DNA of 63,106 bases, filler included, from Jimgerdemannia flammicorona (GCA_003990765.1; 3 parts of 3 records of this genome joined end to end with filler, not necessarily neighbours in it); one strand, 5' to 3'. Counted from the first letter of the whole stretch, positions 29,512-42,144 are shown. Numbers and translations: made by a program. The notes: generated by a model from the sequence alone, not told the origin.

Positions 29512-29928
29512 TCCTGTGGATCCGAATCCTTTCTTTCCTCTTTTCATTTCCTCCAGATTCTTGACTTTTATGATCCTTGGTTGTATGATTGGAAAGATCA
29601 ACATTTGCGCCAATTGGTCCTTCTTCTTGACTGGAAATGAGATTGTAGGATTGTGATTCCTAGTAATGAGTAGAATTTCTCCAATGTAGTCTGAATCGAT
29701 AACTCCTCCTTCGATTGTAATTTCGCTTCTAGCCAGGCTGCTTCTTGTCTTGAGAATTCCAACATGATCCTTTGAGATAGTCATCTCCAATCTGGTTGCA
29801 AGTAGGGTGGTTGTCTGGGGTTCCAGTATAGTCTCTTCTACTGTAGCAATGTCCATTCCAGCTGCATTTTCTGACTTGTATTCTGGCAAGACTACATCAG
29901 GGCGGATCTTTCGAATCTTGACCTTGAT
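29512..29928 (-). CDS. Trimeric dUTPase domain inside the pol polyprotein, between protease and RT
   Basis: All five motifs lie in ORF 28912-30204: AAGMD, RSSLA, GVIDSDYIGEI, AQMLI and RGKKGFGSTG. In frame with the RT N-terminus (SSPWSSPIVLVPKK...RLCVDYR). Confidence 0.95.
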
Positions 29929-32085
29929 TTCTTCTTCATCATTACTGTCCTCCAGGAGGGCTAGTGATTCATCATCTTCCTCCTTCTTGTCTTCTCTGAT
30001 CTGTTTTTCAAGAGCTTTCTGCCTTCTTTCCTGATGGATCTTCCTGATTCCAATGGTGCACTGGTAGCAGTCATTGACATGCTCCATACAGTACATCTTG
30101 ATTCCATGAGGACAGACTCCTTGTGGGGTATAGCCTTCTGTGATCTTCTTGCACCATTCTTCTTCACTCATCCATCCGACTTTCTTCTTCTTTGAAGTAG
30201 TCACTATATAAGCTTCCTCTTGCTTGCTCTCTTCTTCCTCTATATCAGGCAGGACTCCTTTGTTGACATTGATGGGAATTCATATCTTCTGTCCCTGGTA
30301 GGTGATCTACATCTTCTGGGCATTGAGATCAATTACTGTCTTGGCTTTGTGAAGCCATTGATTGCTAATGAGGATGTCATAGTTGGTGGCATTGGTTACA
30401 ATTACATCTACTGAGATGGTTGCTCCTCCAATCTTGATGGGAACATCTCAGATCTTTCCCAGAGGTGTGGCTCTTGTGCCATTGGCTGTGACAAACACCA
30501 GCTTAGTTGCTTCTTCCACATCCCAACCTAGGCAGTCTGCTGCCTTCTTGCTGAGGAGACATTCTCTTGCTCCTGTATCAATAATAGCTTCAAAGATTCT
30601 ATCTTCGATTTGGTATGTTGCATATGCAGAGGTTTTGCGATTGTCCTCACTTTCTTCTCCTGAGTCCTCTTGAGCATTATTGGCCTCGGTTATCTTCCAT
30701 TATTATTCTTTAGTTATTTCTACAAGTCCAAACCTCATTTGCTGTCTAAATGTTGGGATTTCTGCGAGCTGACCAAAGGTTGTATTGACCTTTTGTTGGC
30801 TGAGGTCCTTGAAGATATCATACTTGAAGGTCTTGGTCTTGCAAAGCTTCTTTTCTTTTTCTCCTTCACTGGCTGGAGTGGTTCCTCGGATGATATCTTG
30901 AACTGCTTACTCCAGCTCTATATCTTGGTCCATCTCTTCGGCTTGGCTTTCTGTGGTAGTTTCTATCTGCTTTTCTACTGGGTTCTTCTTGGGTCTTTCT
31001 GGAGGTCTCTTGTAGGGCTCTTTGCGAGCATCCTTCTTGGTAGTCTGAGTAGGATAGGCCTCCCATTCTTCTTCATCAGAATCTCTGATCTCCTCGAAGG
31101 TAATTATATTAGTCTGCTCCTTGTTTCATATAGCATTGCTTGGTTGAGCCTTACACTTGGTTTCACTCATGCATTCATAGGAATAGTGGCCTTCTTCTCC
31201 ACAAGTATAGCAGGTGCCTTTCTTCTTGTCTGAGGTGGTGGTGAACTTCTGGACAGGGCAGCGGTCTCTTCCTCGAATTTCCTTTATCACATCTCCCAGG
31301 TGGGCAGTCATTTTGGCAAAACTTTTGGTGAGTTCCTCCATAGGGTCACTGTTCTTTTGCTGCTCTGTAGCTTTTGGCTGAGGTGTGTTCCGATTGATCA
31401 TTATGGTAGGGATCACACTGGTTGCCTTGGGTGTCTCGATTCTGACTCCTGTGACCCTTTCCATTGTATGATCTTGTGGATGTCTGGCTATCCAGTATCA
31501 CTGAGCATAGGTGACCTTTTATGGCAGATCCAGAATCACTGGTGATGAGCGGATGGCTATGGCTATTTCTAGATTGACTTCTTTCATGAAGGTTGCTTCA
31601 GCTACTTGATCTCAGATAGCAGCAGCATAATCTGCAAGGATTATCTGATATCAAATTCTGGTATAGAATGTGTTTGGATCCTCGCTCATTCCTTGGTATG
31701 TTGTATTGAGCTGATCCTTCAGAGCTTGCTTGATCTCATCTATATAATATGTATTTTGGAGCCAGGTCTTCTGTGCTGTCAGTATAGTATCGGCATCATT
31801 TCCTGCATGGGTTGCAGCTATGAATGCTGCTCTGGCAGAGCCTTATAGGCTAAAGGGCATGAGGGCTACTTGCTGTGCTACTGTCAGGGTCCTTATAGCA
31901 GCATACTTCTCAAAATCATCAATGAAGGTGATGATTGATTCGTCTGAGGTATATCTGTGGAATACTGGTAGTCTCATATCCATCTTATCTGGGTATTGGG
32001 GCTTGGTTTGGGTAGTGGCAGTTGTTCATTGTTCAGCTTGAAAGTGAGGGATTCATCTTGAATTATCAGCTAATGGGCACCAAGT

Positions 32086-32552
32086 TGTAATATAGTGGAC
32101 ACTTACTCTTGAAAGTACGTTGGATTTCTGTATCTTGAAGACTTGACTGTTCTGACTCTTACAGAGTCTCTTGAAGTTATAGGGGAGGGTGGGTGAGTTC
32201 GAAGTGTATCTGCCTGCAGGCTTACTAGTTTCTTTGCTATCTCTTTGCTTTGAACTATTTTGATCTGAGGTTTATTCACTCGAAGATATTGGGTTATTTA
32301 TACAAGTTTGCTAGCTATAAGATGGTTACTGGGCTATGTGGCTAAGTTATGAGTCATTTAACACTTTGCAAAATGTTTTGCCAGTTGTGAAATGCTATAC
32401 TATATCAGGAAGCTCGATCTTGCACTTTGTGAAATATTTAGCAAGTTGCGAAATCGAGGACTGTTAACTATGTGGCTATACTACTTTGGGACTGGGTGCA
32501 ATCAAGTGTCTATTCTCTATTTCCTTCTTCCAAATCTGGCTATACCATTACA
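32086..32552 (-). repeat. 5' LTR of the dUTPase Gypsy element (467 bp)
   Basis: Direct repeat of 25846-26316 with a 4-nt indel and about 30 substitutions. Confidence 0.95.
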
Positions 32553-35500
32553 GTAGTTTGTCTGATCTAATGGTGGTAATTTTAGTAGTAAGAGGCTTCC
32601 TTTTGTTAGCTCTTTATTAGACTAATTAATTGATACATAAGAAGCAATTATCAATTATTCAGAAAGAGTACATTCTAATACTATGAGAGCATTGACTACT
32701 AGGTACAAATTCATTTTCAATTTTTCTGTAAAATTATTCTTTCTTATTTATAGTAAGTTGGCCTGGGGTTTTGTTTGATGAGCCAAATTTTTTGAATTCT
32801 TGAATAGTAGATAATAGTTCAGAAACTTTCTTGACTACCAAGGTTTACTCAATTTTCTTAAATAGAATCTGAGTAATACAGTAACTGATAGGAATCTTGA
32901 ATAGTATCTAACTATGGTTCTTAATAAGAATAATTATTTTACCTATGTAATCTTTATCAATAACTCCTCTTTCTGCTGAGAGTCCTTTTAATGCTAGGCT
33001 GCTGTAACAGTATATTCTTCTAATATATCCCTTAGAAATTTGGTTGCTGATTTCTATATAGACTTACTTGACTTCTCAGTTAGAAACTATTGCTTTTTTA
33101 GCTATATATTGATCATATCTGGCTATTTTTTGGCTTCTTTTAGTAGGGGGCCACAGCTGTTATCCTTAACTTGACAAAGTCTAGTATTTGGTAGTCAGAT
33201 TATTGAGATAGTATAGAGTAGTAACAGTTATTCATATTATAGTTTAGAGTTTCTAGTTAGGGCAGACACTGGTCATATATTCTGTCTTTTAGCAATAAAA
33301 GCATGCTCTACTTCTTTTGAGTTTATTTCTTTCTCCTTTAGCAAGTTTCTTAAAGGTACTTGGCTGAGTAGATTCAGAATTTCAGAGTGTTCAGGATGTA
33401 GAGAGAGCTCTGGATGATTCATACTTGAGTTTTTCTTTCTTAGTATATGATTTTCTTTATTGGGTCTATGGAATTGTTTTTAAGACAGAATAGGTCTAGC
33501 TATTAGAATTTACTTGATCATGGTCTTGATTCTAGTCAGATACTATTATTAGTAATTATAACCAACTAAGTATTCTTATTCTCAGATTTTTCTTATAAGC
33601 CATTCTGATAGTATATCAAATAAGTAGTCTACTCTTATACTATTTTGTACTTTATAATTGGTAATATATTTTAGATCAATAGTATTCAGGAGTAACTCAA
33701 GTTTTGTACAGAAGGTTTCAAATTTCTCCTTATTATATATATTAAATTTGAGATTGTAGAGTTTGACTTGAGATTCAGTAATTAGAGTTTTACTATAATA
33801 TTGGGCAATTATGAGTTATTTGAGCCTAGGAGCTGCAGAGTGATATCTATATTGAGGGGTATTATTTGCTATATTTTGAGCAATGACTGTAGGTCAGATA
33901 TCTTATATAAGAGATTTTTTAGGAAGAATATAATAACTTTATAAATATAAGCCATAGTAGTGGTAAAGAGTTGTTCAATAATATAGTCTTAGTTATTTAT
34001 TAGGAGGCAGTCAGCAACTTGCTCATTGGTCTATTGATTAGCTTCAAAATTAGTATCTACTATACTGATAAAGATTTGGACTTCTTGTATAGTATTACTA
34101 AAGATAGGTAGGCTTAGACTTTTTGTTGGCCTAGTCTGTTTAGTTAAGGTAGTAATAGTTGCTACCATTATAGCTATCTAGACTATGAGGTCTAGAATTT
34201 GTTAATTTGTCATATTGTTTACTAGAGATAGTTGAACAACTAGTAGTGAAGTTACTGATATAATTTGAGATACTAGTGTAGAGTGTGAAGATATTCTTTA
34301 AGTTTACATAAGTTGCTGGAGTAACTGTTATAGGTTTGGTATAAGGGCTTGATAGATAATAGTCTGTTGTTCTATAGGAGTATTTTGTCCTGAGGTAGGT
34401 GTTATCTCCTTCAGTAGTATAACTAGGATCAAATTTAGTAAGATACTCCTTATCTTCTTCACTTTAGTCTAGATATAGCTGGATTTGTTCAGTATTAAAG
34501 TAGATAATATCAGTTGTATACTAGAGTTTAGATATGCTTAAATCAAAAGCTTCTTTAAGATCAGATTCAGTTTCTAATTTAGTTTCAGGTTCAGATAAAG
34601 TTCTAGCTGAGCCTACTTTTGACTCAGAATCTAATTATTAATAAAGAGTTTCTCCAGCTTCTTTTTTAAGAATATGACAGACTTTATAATTCTAAAAATA
34701 GTAGTCTTAGTTCTGATATAATAATAGTTAGTAGAGTTGAGCTACTTGACTATAGAGACTTAGGCTTCATGAGAAACTAAGACTAGAAAGACAACTACTG
34801 GTTATCTTAGATTGCTCAGGTTTATAGAGTTTATAAAACTCTTATTAAGAAGAGTAAAGAAGACCTCTATAAGACCTTCTTTATCTTGACTTGTAGAGTG
34901 TAGAGTAAGGAGTTTGGTGAATAGAATTTTACTTATCTACTGATTTAATTAGAGTACTTCTTTTTTTATATAAAGCTTATCTCACTTGTTATAGGTGTAG
35001 AGGTCTAATTGTCCTTATATATTAGATTCAATTTGCTCCAGATTGTCAGATAGTTCATGATAAATTCTAGTTCAGTAGTTGGACTTTATACCAACTTATA
35101 GGAATTTCTGAGAAGATTTGTAACTAAGTAAGGAAATATTTTGAAGTAGAATTGGATTATAAACCACTATTACTAAGTTGTAAGAAGATACTTTGTTAGA
35201 GTACTGTTATGTAGTTCTGAAAGAGTTTTCTGAAAGTTCTGAATATTCTGGAAGACTGTTTTCTTAAGATCAAGATTAATTTTATATAAAGTATATTCTC
35301 TATACTTATTGATTTCAAGATTAGATTAATGTCTCAACAAAAGTCCTTTCTTAAACTTGTTCTGAATATTTAGGATTTTTCTTATTTCAGAAAGTTTAAG
35401 AAACTAAGACTAGTTTAGTTGAATTGGTGTATTGCTATAGATAATATTCAATTAGGAAATTTCTAAATTTAGTTAGGAGTGAGACTTAATATAGAATAAG

Positions 35501-36689
35501 TTTACTTAAGAGTAGTTTATAGGTTATTAAATAGGTTTATTCACTATTTATGATATTGCTATTGACTAATGCTAGGAGTAATATATGAAGGAATAATTAT
35601 ACAGAGAAGTATTTGTCTAATTCTTGTCTATATTCTTATCTGGTTTTTGTCTGAGTTTCTGAGATCTGAGAGAGAGGATATTTATACTAATGGGAGACTA
35701 TCTGGACTAGACTAAATATAGATACAGTACTTTAGTACTTGATGAGTCAGAATATAGTTATATAGTACTAAGCTAATTTAACTATACTAATTACTGCTAA
35801 GCTATTTATAGATTTAGATACTATCTGGGTAGTCTTTGATGAGATTACTATTAATAATATTATCTCTAATAAAGTAGTCATCTAGGAAGAGTTATTCTTA
35901 GATTATATCTTTTATTTATTTATATAGTAGTATATAGAAATGAAGTAATCATCTCACAGAATAGCATTATCTATATATCTTATATGCTGAATATAGTATT
36001 GGTGGACAGAGAAGAGATATATCATCTTTACTTTCATTGGATTTACTATTAGTATACTTTTAATAGGTTATAGTACTATATGTTATAGAGTTATAGTAAG
36101 CTAATAGTTATTCTTTATATTACTCATACTTAGGAGGTAGAGTTGTTGATTTTATCTCAAGAGTTGTCTGGAGATATAGATTATATTCTCCTATTTCTTT
36201 ATTATAGTTGAAGTAGTTAGACATAAATATAGATTAGTACTTATATTAATAGTTATTATCTCAATAGGTCTTATAGATAGTTATAAACTATTATAAGTCT
36301 ATCAATAAGATTAGTAGAGTGATCAGAATTAACAAAGATCCTTGATTAGAGGTTATCTCAAAGTTAGATGGATTATTTTCTTCTACTTTATCATTATTGA
36401 ACTAGATTATATTATAGATATTCTTCATAATATATCCAACTTGAGGTATTTATAGAATGTAATCATTTGAGTATAAGAAGAGTCTATCAGTAATTTGGGT
36501 ATACTTGATGTACTTCTGATTGAGTTCTTATACTATACACACCTTTCTCTGGTACAATTCACATTACACAAGACTTCAAGCAACAGTTTTCAACACTACT
36601 AGGAGAGAAGGTACTATCAACATGTCTTCAAGCAAGAGTTCCGACGGGCGTACTGGGTTGGGGGAGCTGGGGCTTTCGGCTGGCAGGAG

Positions 36690-38657
36690 GTGGGGAGGGG
36701 TTTTGGCCTGGAGATGGGGGCCTTTGGAGGTTCGAAAGGCAGAGAGGGCTCTGGAGGAGGACCGGTGTTGGGTGGTAACAGGGGAAGGGCTGGCCCCTCC
36801 AGCTTTGCTGACAAGGTGAAGGGGAGTGGATGGCCAGTGGGAGACAGGGCTGGAGACAGGGCTGGTGCTGCTGTGGAGAAGGGCAAGGCAAGCCTTGGGA
36901 GGGGGGGTGGTCCTCAGGTTGGAGGTATGAGCATAGGGTCTGGAGGTGCTGTGGCTGGGGGTAGGACTGCTGATAGGGGTGTGACAGTGAATCAGGAAAA
37001 AAAAAGAGATGTGACAGCTGATGGCCAGGGGGGTCAGGGGTTCCCGATGTGGGAGGGGGACCTGGCGGATGGTGTAATGGGGCTGGCAGTGGCCCCATTG
37101 CTCAAGAAGTCAATTTCGGAGTTTGCAGTCACATTGTGCTTCCGGGGCTTGGCGGTGACGGCGAGGATGGTTCTGGGGCTGATTTCAAAGCAAGTGGCAG
37201 GGGCTGCCTCGGTGAAGTTCTTGAAGGGCTTGGAGGGGGTTGAGGTGGGTTTTGAGGAAGCAGGCCCACTGGATGAGGCCCTGAAGACTGGAGTAGTAGT
37301 TGGAGAGGTGGTAGTACCCATGGTGCGGTGCTTGAGGTGGGACCCCAGGGTGGTGCAGCTTCTGGTGAGGGGAGTGCCCACAGTGTCTAAGGAGGAGACT
37401 AGGAAGAGGGTGGAGGAGGTGATGGTGGAGTACGGTGATGTGGTGGACGTTGGATTTCAGGTGTGGGAGGGGACTACATTCAGGATGGGCGATGTTGATG
37501 TCAGGATCCAGCCGGCAGAGAAGGAGGCCACAGGGAAGATGAGTGACTGGCCCTCGATGCTGATGTGGGGGGCATTCGTCTGTAAGGTGTCGAGGGTTAA
37601 GGGGAGTGAAGAGGAGGAGGAGGACTTGTTGGAGGCGCTGGAGGAGTTGGGTGGGGCTGTGGAGAGGAGGGCAAAAGCCTGGAAGCTATTTGAGGAGTCG
37701 ACACATCTGGAGATTGTGAATGGGAAGCGTGTGCGCACTGATAAGAAGCAGTGGGAGAGGGCCCAGGGCCGCAAGAGGCAGAGGGAGCTCTTGGTGAGTA
37801 TGACAGGAGGGGAGAAGAGGAAGGTGGATGGGGCTGAGGAGTCTGGAGGCATCAAAGCCAGTGTATGGGCTAGCGAAGGAGGGAAGGAGGCAGTGGTGAC
37901 AGAGGAATGGGCTGCGAAGGTGCTGGGCAGAGATCCCTATGCCAATGGTACTTTCAAAGTTTGGGAGGAGGAGTCTGATAGCACTCCCCCCCTCTAGTCA
38001 GGAGGGGCCCGGTGGGGTGGAGAGTGGTGGCGGAAGATATACAGATGCAGGGGGCCCAGCATGTTACCTTTGGTGTCCCAGATGTGGCGAAAGGGGGCCA
38101 GGTAGTGGCGGTTGGAGAGGATGAGCTGGTGGACGTCCCTGAGGAGGCATGGGATGAGGCTGCCAGTGTAGGTGCTGACACCATGATGTTGGATGCAGGG
38201 CAGCCGGACTCTGGGAGGGAAGGAGGTGGGGAACTTGCTGTAGATGAGCAAGGTGATGGATAATCTCATGGCTGAGGCATTGGGGGATGTGGACCTGCAG
38301 GTAATGCCTGAGGAGCACTGGGTGAGTATTCTGCATGGCGATGGGGTGATGGAGGTGCTGGGGGTGGAGATTCTGGCAATCCTCTTGGAGGAGGAGGGAT
38401 ATGAGGTTGATGAGGCAAGGAAGGCAGAGCTGGTAGTGGTTGTGGGTGAGTGGGCAGCCTACTGTTGGGCTGAGCGTTGTGGTCTGCAGTTCTGGCAGGA
38501 GGCTTGCATGGAGTATCGTGAGGACTTTGAGGAGAAAGAAGATGGGGCAATGGTAGAACTTCTGAAAGGGCTGGAGGCGCAGGATGCTGGGGAAAGGGAA
38601 CTGGCTGCTGAGCGTGACTCGGACTTGGCGCAGGAGGTGCAGAATGCGGACTTGTAG
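36690..38657 (+). pseudogene. LINE ORF1 with an RRM-like region, frameshifted near 37990 and 38240
   Basis: 435-aa ORF containing VQLLVRGVP...VMVEYGDVVDV...FRMGDVDVRI, continued by ORFs 38012-38263 and 38244-38657. Homologous to ORF1 of copies A and C. Confidence 0.75.
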
Positions 38658-38689
38658 ATGGTGGGATCACTCTTTCAACATTATTCCTT

Positions 38690-41600
38690 ATGAACAGTAC
38701 AACTAACATTTTCTCGTTGAATGTGAATGGGTTGCGGGGAGCTGGGAGGTGAAAAAGCATTTTTACTTGGCTCAAGGGATTGGAGGCTGATCTCTTTTTA
38801 CTACAGGATGTTCGGTGTGAGGATGAGGGTGATCGTGTGGAGTGGACTAGGGAATGGGGAGGGGCTACTGCTTGGTTTGGAAAAGTGGTGATTCTGGTGA
38901 GGAAGGGTAGAGGAGACTTGGAGGGAATCAAGAACTGGAGTGATCGTTTGGTCTGGGGTGATTGGCGGCGGCCAGGGTGGGAGCCAGTGAGGGTTGGCTC
39001 TTGCTACTGCCCTGCGGTTAGGAGAGAGAGGATTGTGTGGATTGAGGAACTATTGGAGGAGGGTATTCTGTTGGAGGAAGGGGTTGATGTTCTTGGTGGG
39101 AACTTTAACATGGTTCGGGATCAGTGTCTAGACAGAACTGATGGAGGGAGGAGTGCTGGGGGGAGAAGTGGGGGTCTGGATGCATGGGAGGAGGTGGAGA
39201 AGTTGAGTTCCCTAGGGGATATGGGCAGATCTAGGTGGGGCGACTCCAGGGTCTACACACATTGGGTGAATGGCTTAGGTACGAGGATTGACTGGATTCT
39301 GACAGCCGAGTGTTGGGGGTTGGATGTTTGGAAGATACTGGGGGTGGAGTGGTGCCCATGGTCTGATCACTGGGGACTGTTGGGGCAGGGGCAGTTTGGG
39401 GAGAGTGGAGATGGACCCGGACATTAGTGCCTTAACTCCTCTCTGCTGGCTGAGAAGGGGTTGTGGGACTCATGGGCAGAGGATGTTCAGGCAAAGGTTC
39501 TTATTTGGAGGCATGAGGGTTTGTCAGTGGGTGTCCGTTGGATGAGACTGAAAGAGGCTGCGAGGGTCTATTGGGGGGGAGCTGGTATGGATGCTGGGAG
39601 GCAGAGGAAGGAGTGCACGAGGTATGCTTCTGGCAGGCTGAGAAGACTACAAATAGATTGGGCAGATTTACTTGCTTCTGATGGGGTGGAGGATTAGAGG
39701 ATAGAGTAGATTAAGTTGGAGATATTGAAGCTGAAGCAGGTACTGAGAGATGAGGAGGAGACTCATATGTGCAGTATGGCTGCTAGGCTATGGTGGCAGG
39801 GGCTTGAGGAGGGTGAGAGACCTACTAGGTACTTATCAAGACTCCTTCAGGCTAGGAGGGTGCGACATAGGTGGGAGGGGATCCTAGATGCTGAGGGCAA
39901 CATGGTGTATGGCACACAACAAATCTTAGGGGTATTGAAGGAGAGATGGCAGGGTTTGTGGAGCGAGGGAGAAGGGGGTGCTGATGGAGAGGCGATAGCA
40001 GATACACTAGAAGAGTGGGGACCACCGCAAGTAGACAGACTGGGTGACTTGGTCTTACCAGTGCAAAGAGAGGAGATCTAGAGTGTCCTTGCAGCCACTA
40101 AGCTTGGAATGGCACCAGAGGAGGATGGGTTACCATGGGACTTCTGAAAGAAGATGGTGAAGGTCCCGGGCATTTTGGGTGAGATGACTGCTCTCTGTGA
40201 CCATGTCCTTCAGAGTGGTGAGTGGATTGGAGAGCAGGACCTCGGACTGGTGGCCTTATTGTACAAAGACAAGGGGAGGAGGGAAGATTGGAAGAATTGG
40301 AGACCAATTATGCTGCTGGATATGGACAGAAAGATGGTGACTAAGGTGATTGTTGCAAGACTGCAGAAAGTTGCCCAACAGGTGCTGGGGGAGGAGCAGC
40401 AAGACTTTGTTGGAGGCAGGCTTATAAGAGATGGGACTGCATGAATGCATGGTGTCATTGAAGGGGCCCGGGCTTGTGGTCTGGATGGAAGGTTGGTCTT
40501 TTTGGACCAGGAGAAGGCCTATGACTGAGTACGACAGGTTTGGCTGGGCAAGGTGTTGGACTGAATTGGTGTTCCACCAGGATTTCGGACTTCTATGTTG
40601 AGTCTGCTGGAGAGTAGTCGAGCGGCACTGATGTGTAATGGTCACCGAGGTCTGGTGATCCCCTTGGATAGAGGAGTTCCTCAGGGGGACCCTCTGTCTC
40701 CTATTCTCTATGCCCTTTCATTAGAGCCACTGATGGATAGGATTTGCCGGAAGGTGGCAGGGCTCTCTATATATAGTATAGTATGGAAGGTGGGGGCCTT
40801 TGCTGATGATATGGTGGTCAGACTTGGGTCTGTGGCAGATGTTGAGGCTCTCAAGGAGACAGTGGAATGGTATGAGGTGCACTCAGAGGCAAAGCTCAAC
40901 TGGCATAAGTGTGAGACAATAGTGCTTGGAAATGGGCTAGTGGGTGGGGATGTCATTGGAACAATTGTCCCCACATATGAGGTGGTGAGATACCTGGGCA
41001 TCTTTCTTTCTGTATATGGTTCTGTCTTGCCACGAGGGTGGTGGGAGAGCAGGGTGACCATTTGGGGGGAGGCCCTTCATGGCTGGGGAGGCCACCATAT
41101 CTCTCTGGTGGGGAGGGTGTCAATTCTGAATGTGTACTGGTTCCCCAAGCTGTGGTATGTGGCCTATTACCTGGACTTCCCAGCTTGGGTGGTGAAGAGG
41201 CTGACGAAGATGGCGAGAGATTGGATTTGGGCAGGGAGGAGGTCCCAGATTGATTGGGATACTCTTGCAACACTGGTGGTCAGGGGGGGTCTTGGCCTTA
41301 TAGATTTCCCTAAGAGGTTGCACTGCTTGCGTGCCTGGTGGTTGAAAAGAACTGCTGAACTATAGGGTGGGAGTTGGGTACCGCTGCTGCAGAAGGTGTG
41401 GGAGATGAGGACCTCCCCTCAAGGGTCCTCTGGAGATCTGCTCGCTCTGGTAGGGCTGAATGGAAGTAGGAGGCTGCGGTTTAAGGGCTTTTGGTAGGGA
41501 GTGGTAGATGGTGCCCACCGGATTGGTCTGCGCTGGCAAGGTGATGAGGGGGAGGGAGTGTGGGGGCCTGATATGTGGCAATGGGATGGACTGCTGCTGG

Positions 41601-42044
41601 GGGGTGCTCCAATTGAAAAATTTAATCTTGGAGATAGGGTAGAGTGTCAGTGGGGTCTTGGCCAGGACCTTAGGCCAAGTAGCTGGCAGGGGGCAGGGAT
41701 CGGCGAGGAGTGGGACTGAGCAGGTATCTGGTCTTGGAGTGCTGAGGTGCAGAGATGGCTTCCTCCCAAGTACTGGGTGGTGTGGTGGCAAATGCTGCAG
41801 AGGAATGTCATGCTGAATTTTCATACTGGGCATCTGGTGGATGGTGGCCATTTTGATTGTGAGGAGTGTTATAATGTAGGGCAAGCTGGGGGATTTGTGC
41901 AGACGCCGGAACATTGGCTGGGGGAGTGTGAGGTATTGGGGGACTTTTGGGTAGAAATAGGCAATAGACTGGGTGTGGAGCGGAGGCCGGCAGATGTGGG
42001 AGGCTGCTGGGAGGACTTGAGATCTCGGCTTGTGGGGGGGGTGG
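38690..42044 (+). pseudogene. LINE ORF2: APE endonuclease, reverse transcriptase and CCHC, with in-frame stops
   Basis: IFSLNVNGL, RIDWIL, SDH; KNWRPIMLLD, DQEKAYD, GVPQGDPLSP, FADD, YLG; CEEC...EHWLGEC. Confidence 0.92.
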
Positions 42045-42144
42045 NNNNNNNNNNNNNNNNNNNNNNNNNNNNNNNNNNNNNNNNNNNNTTAATTAATTAA
42101 NNNNNNNNNNNNNNNNNNNNNNNNNNNNNNNNNNNNNNNNNNNN
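42045..42144. other. Assembly spacer: N-run containing TTAATTAATTAA (42089-42100)
   Basis: Same 100-bp design as the first spacer. Confidence 0.97.

Larger units (their letters stand above)
25846..32552 (-). mobile_element. Full-length Ty3/Gypsy LTR retrotransposon encoding dUTPase (gag-PR-dUTPase-RT-RH-IN plus extra ORF), disabled by stops
   Basis: TGT...ACA LTRs at 25846-26316 and 32086-32552 with a 4-bp TSD GTAG (25842-45 / 32553-56). PBS-like TGGTGCCC follows the 5' LTR; PPT AGGAGGAAGT at 26317-26326. Gag CYTCGEEGHYSYEC, PR IIDTGA, RT YIDD, integrase HHCC and core. Confidence 0.95.
21133..36537 (-). mobile_element. Degenerate chromodomain-bearing Ty3/Gypsy LTR retrotransposon (chromovirus), host of a nested element
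   Basis: The 3' LTR boundary is at 22012 (TGTAAG on minus) with a PPT at 22013-22028. 21133-21615 matches 35940-36410. Minus-strand remnants of gag with zinc knuckles (33-34.2 kb), protease (about 25.7-25.84 kb), RT YIDD (about 24770), RNase H, integrase and chromodomain. Confidence 0.85.
36540..42044 (+). mobile_element. L1/Tx1-like LINE (copy B, least decayed), cut by the contig end
   Basis: ORF1 at about 36.6-38.66 kb and ORF2 from 38690. Inserted into the chromovirus LTR at about 36537. Confidence 0.92.
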
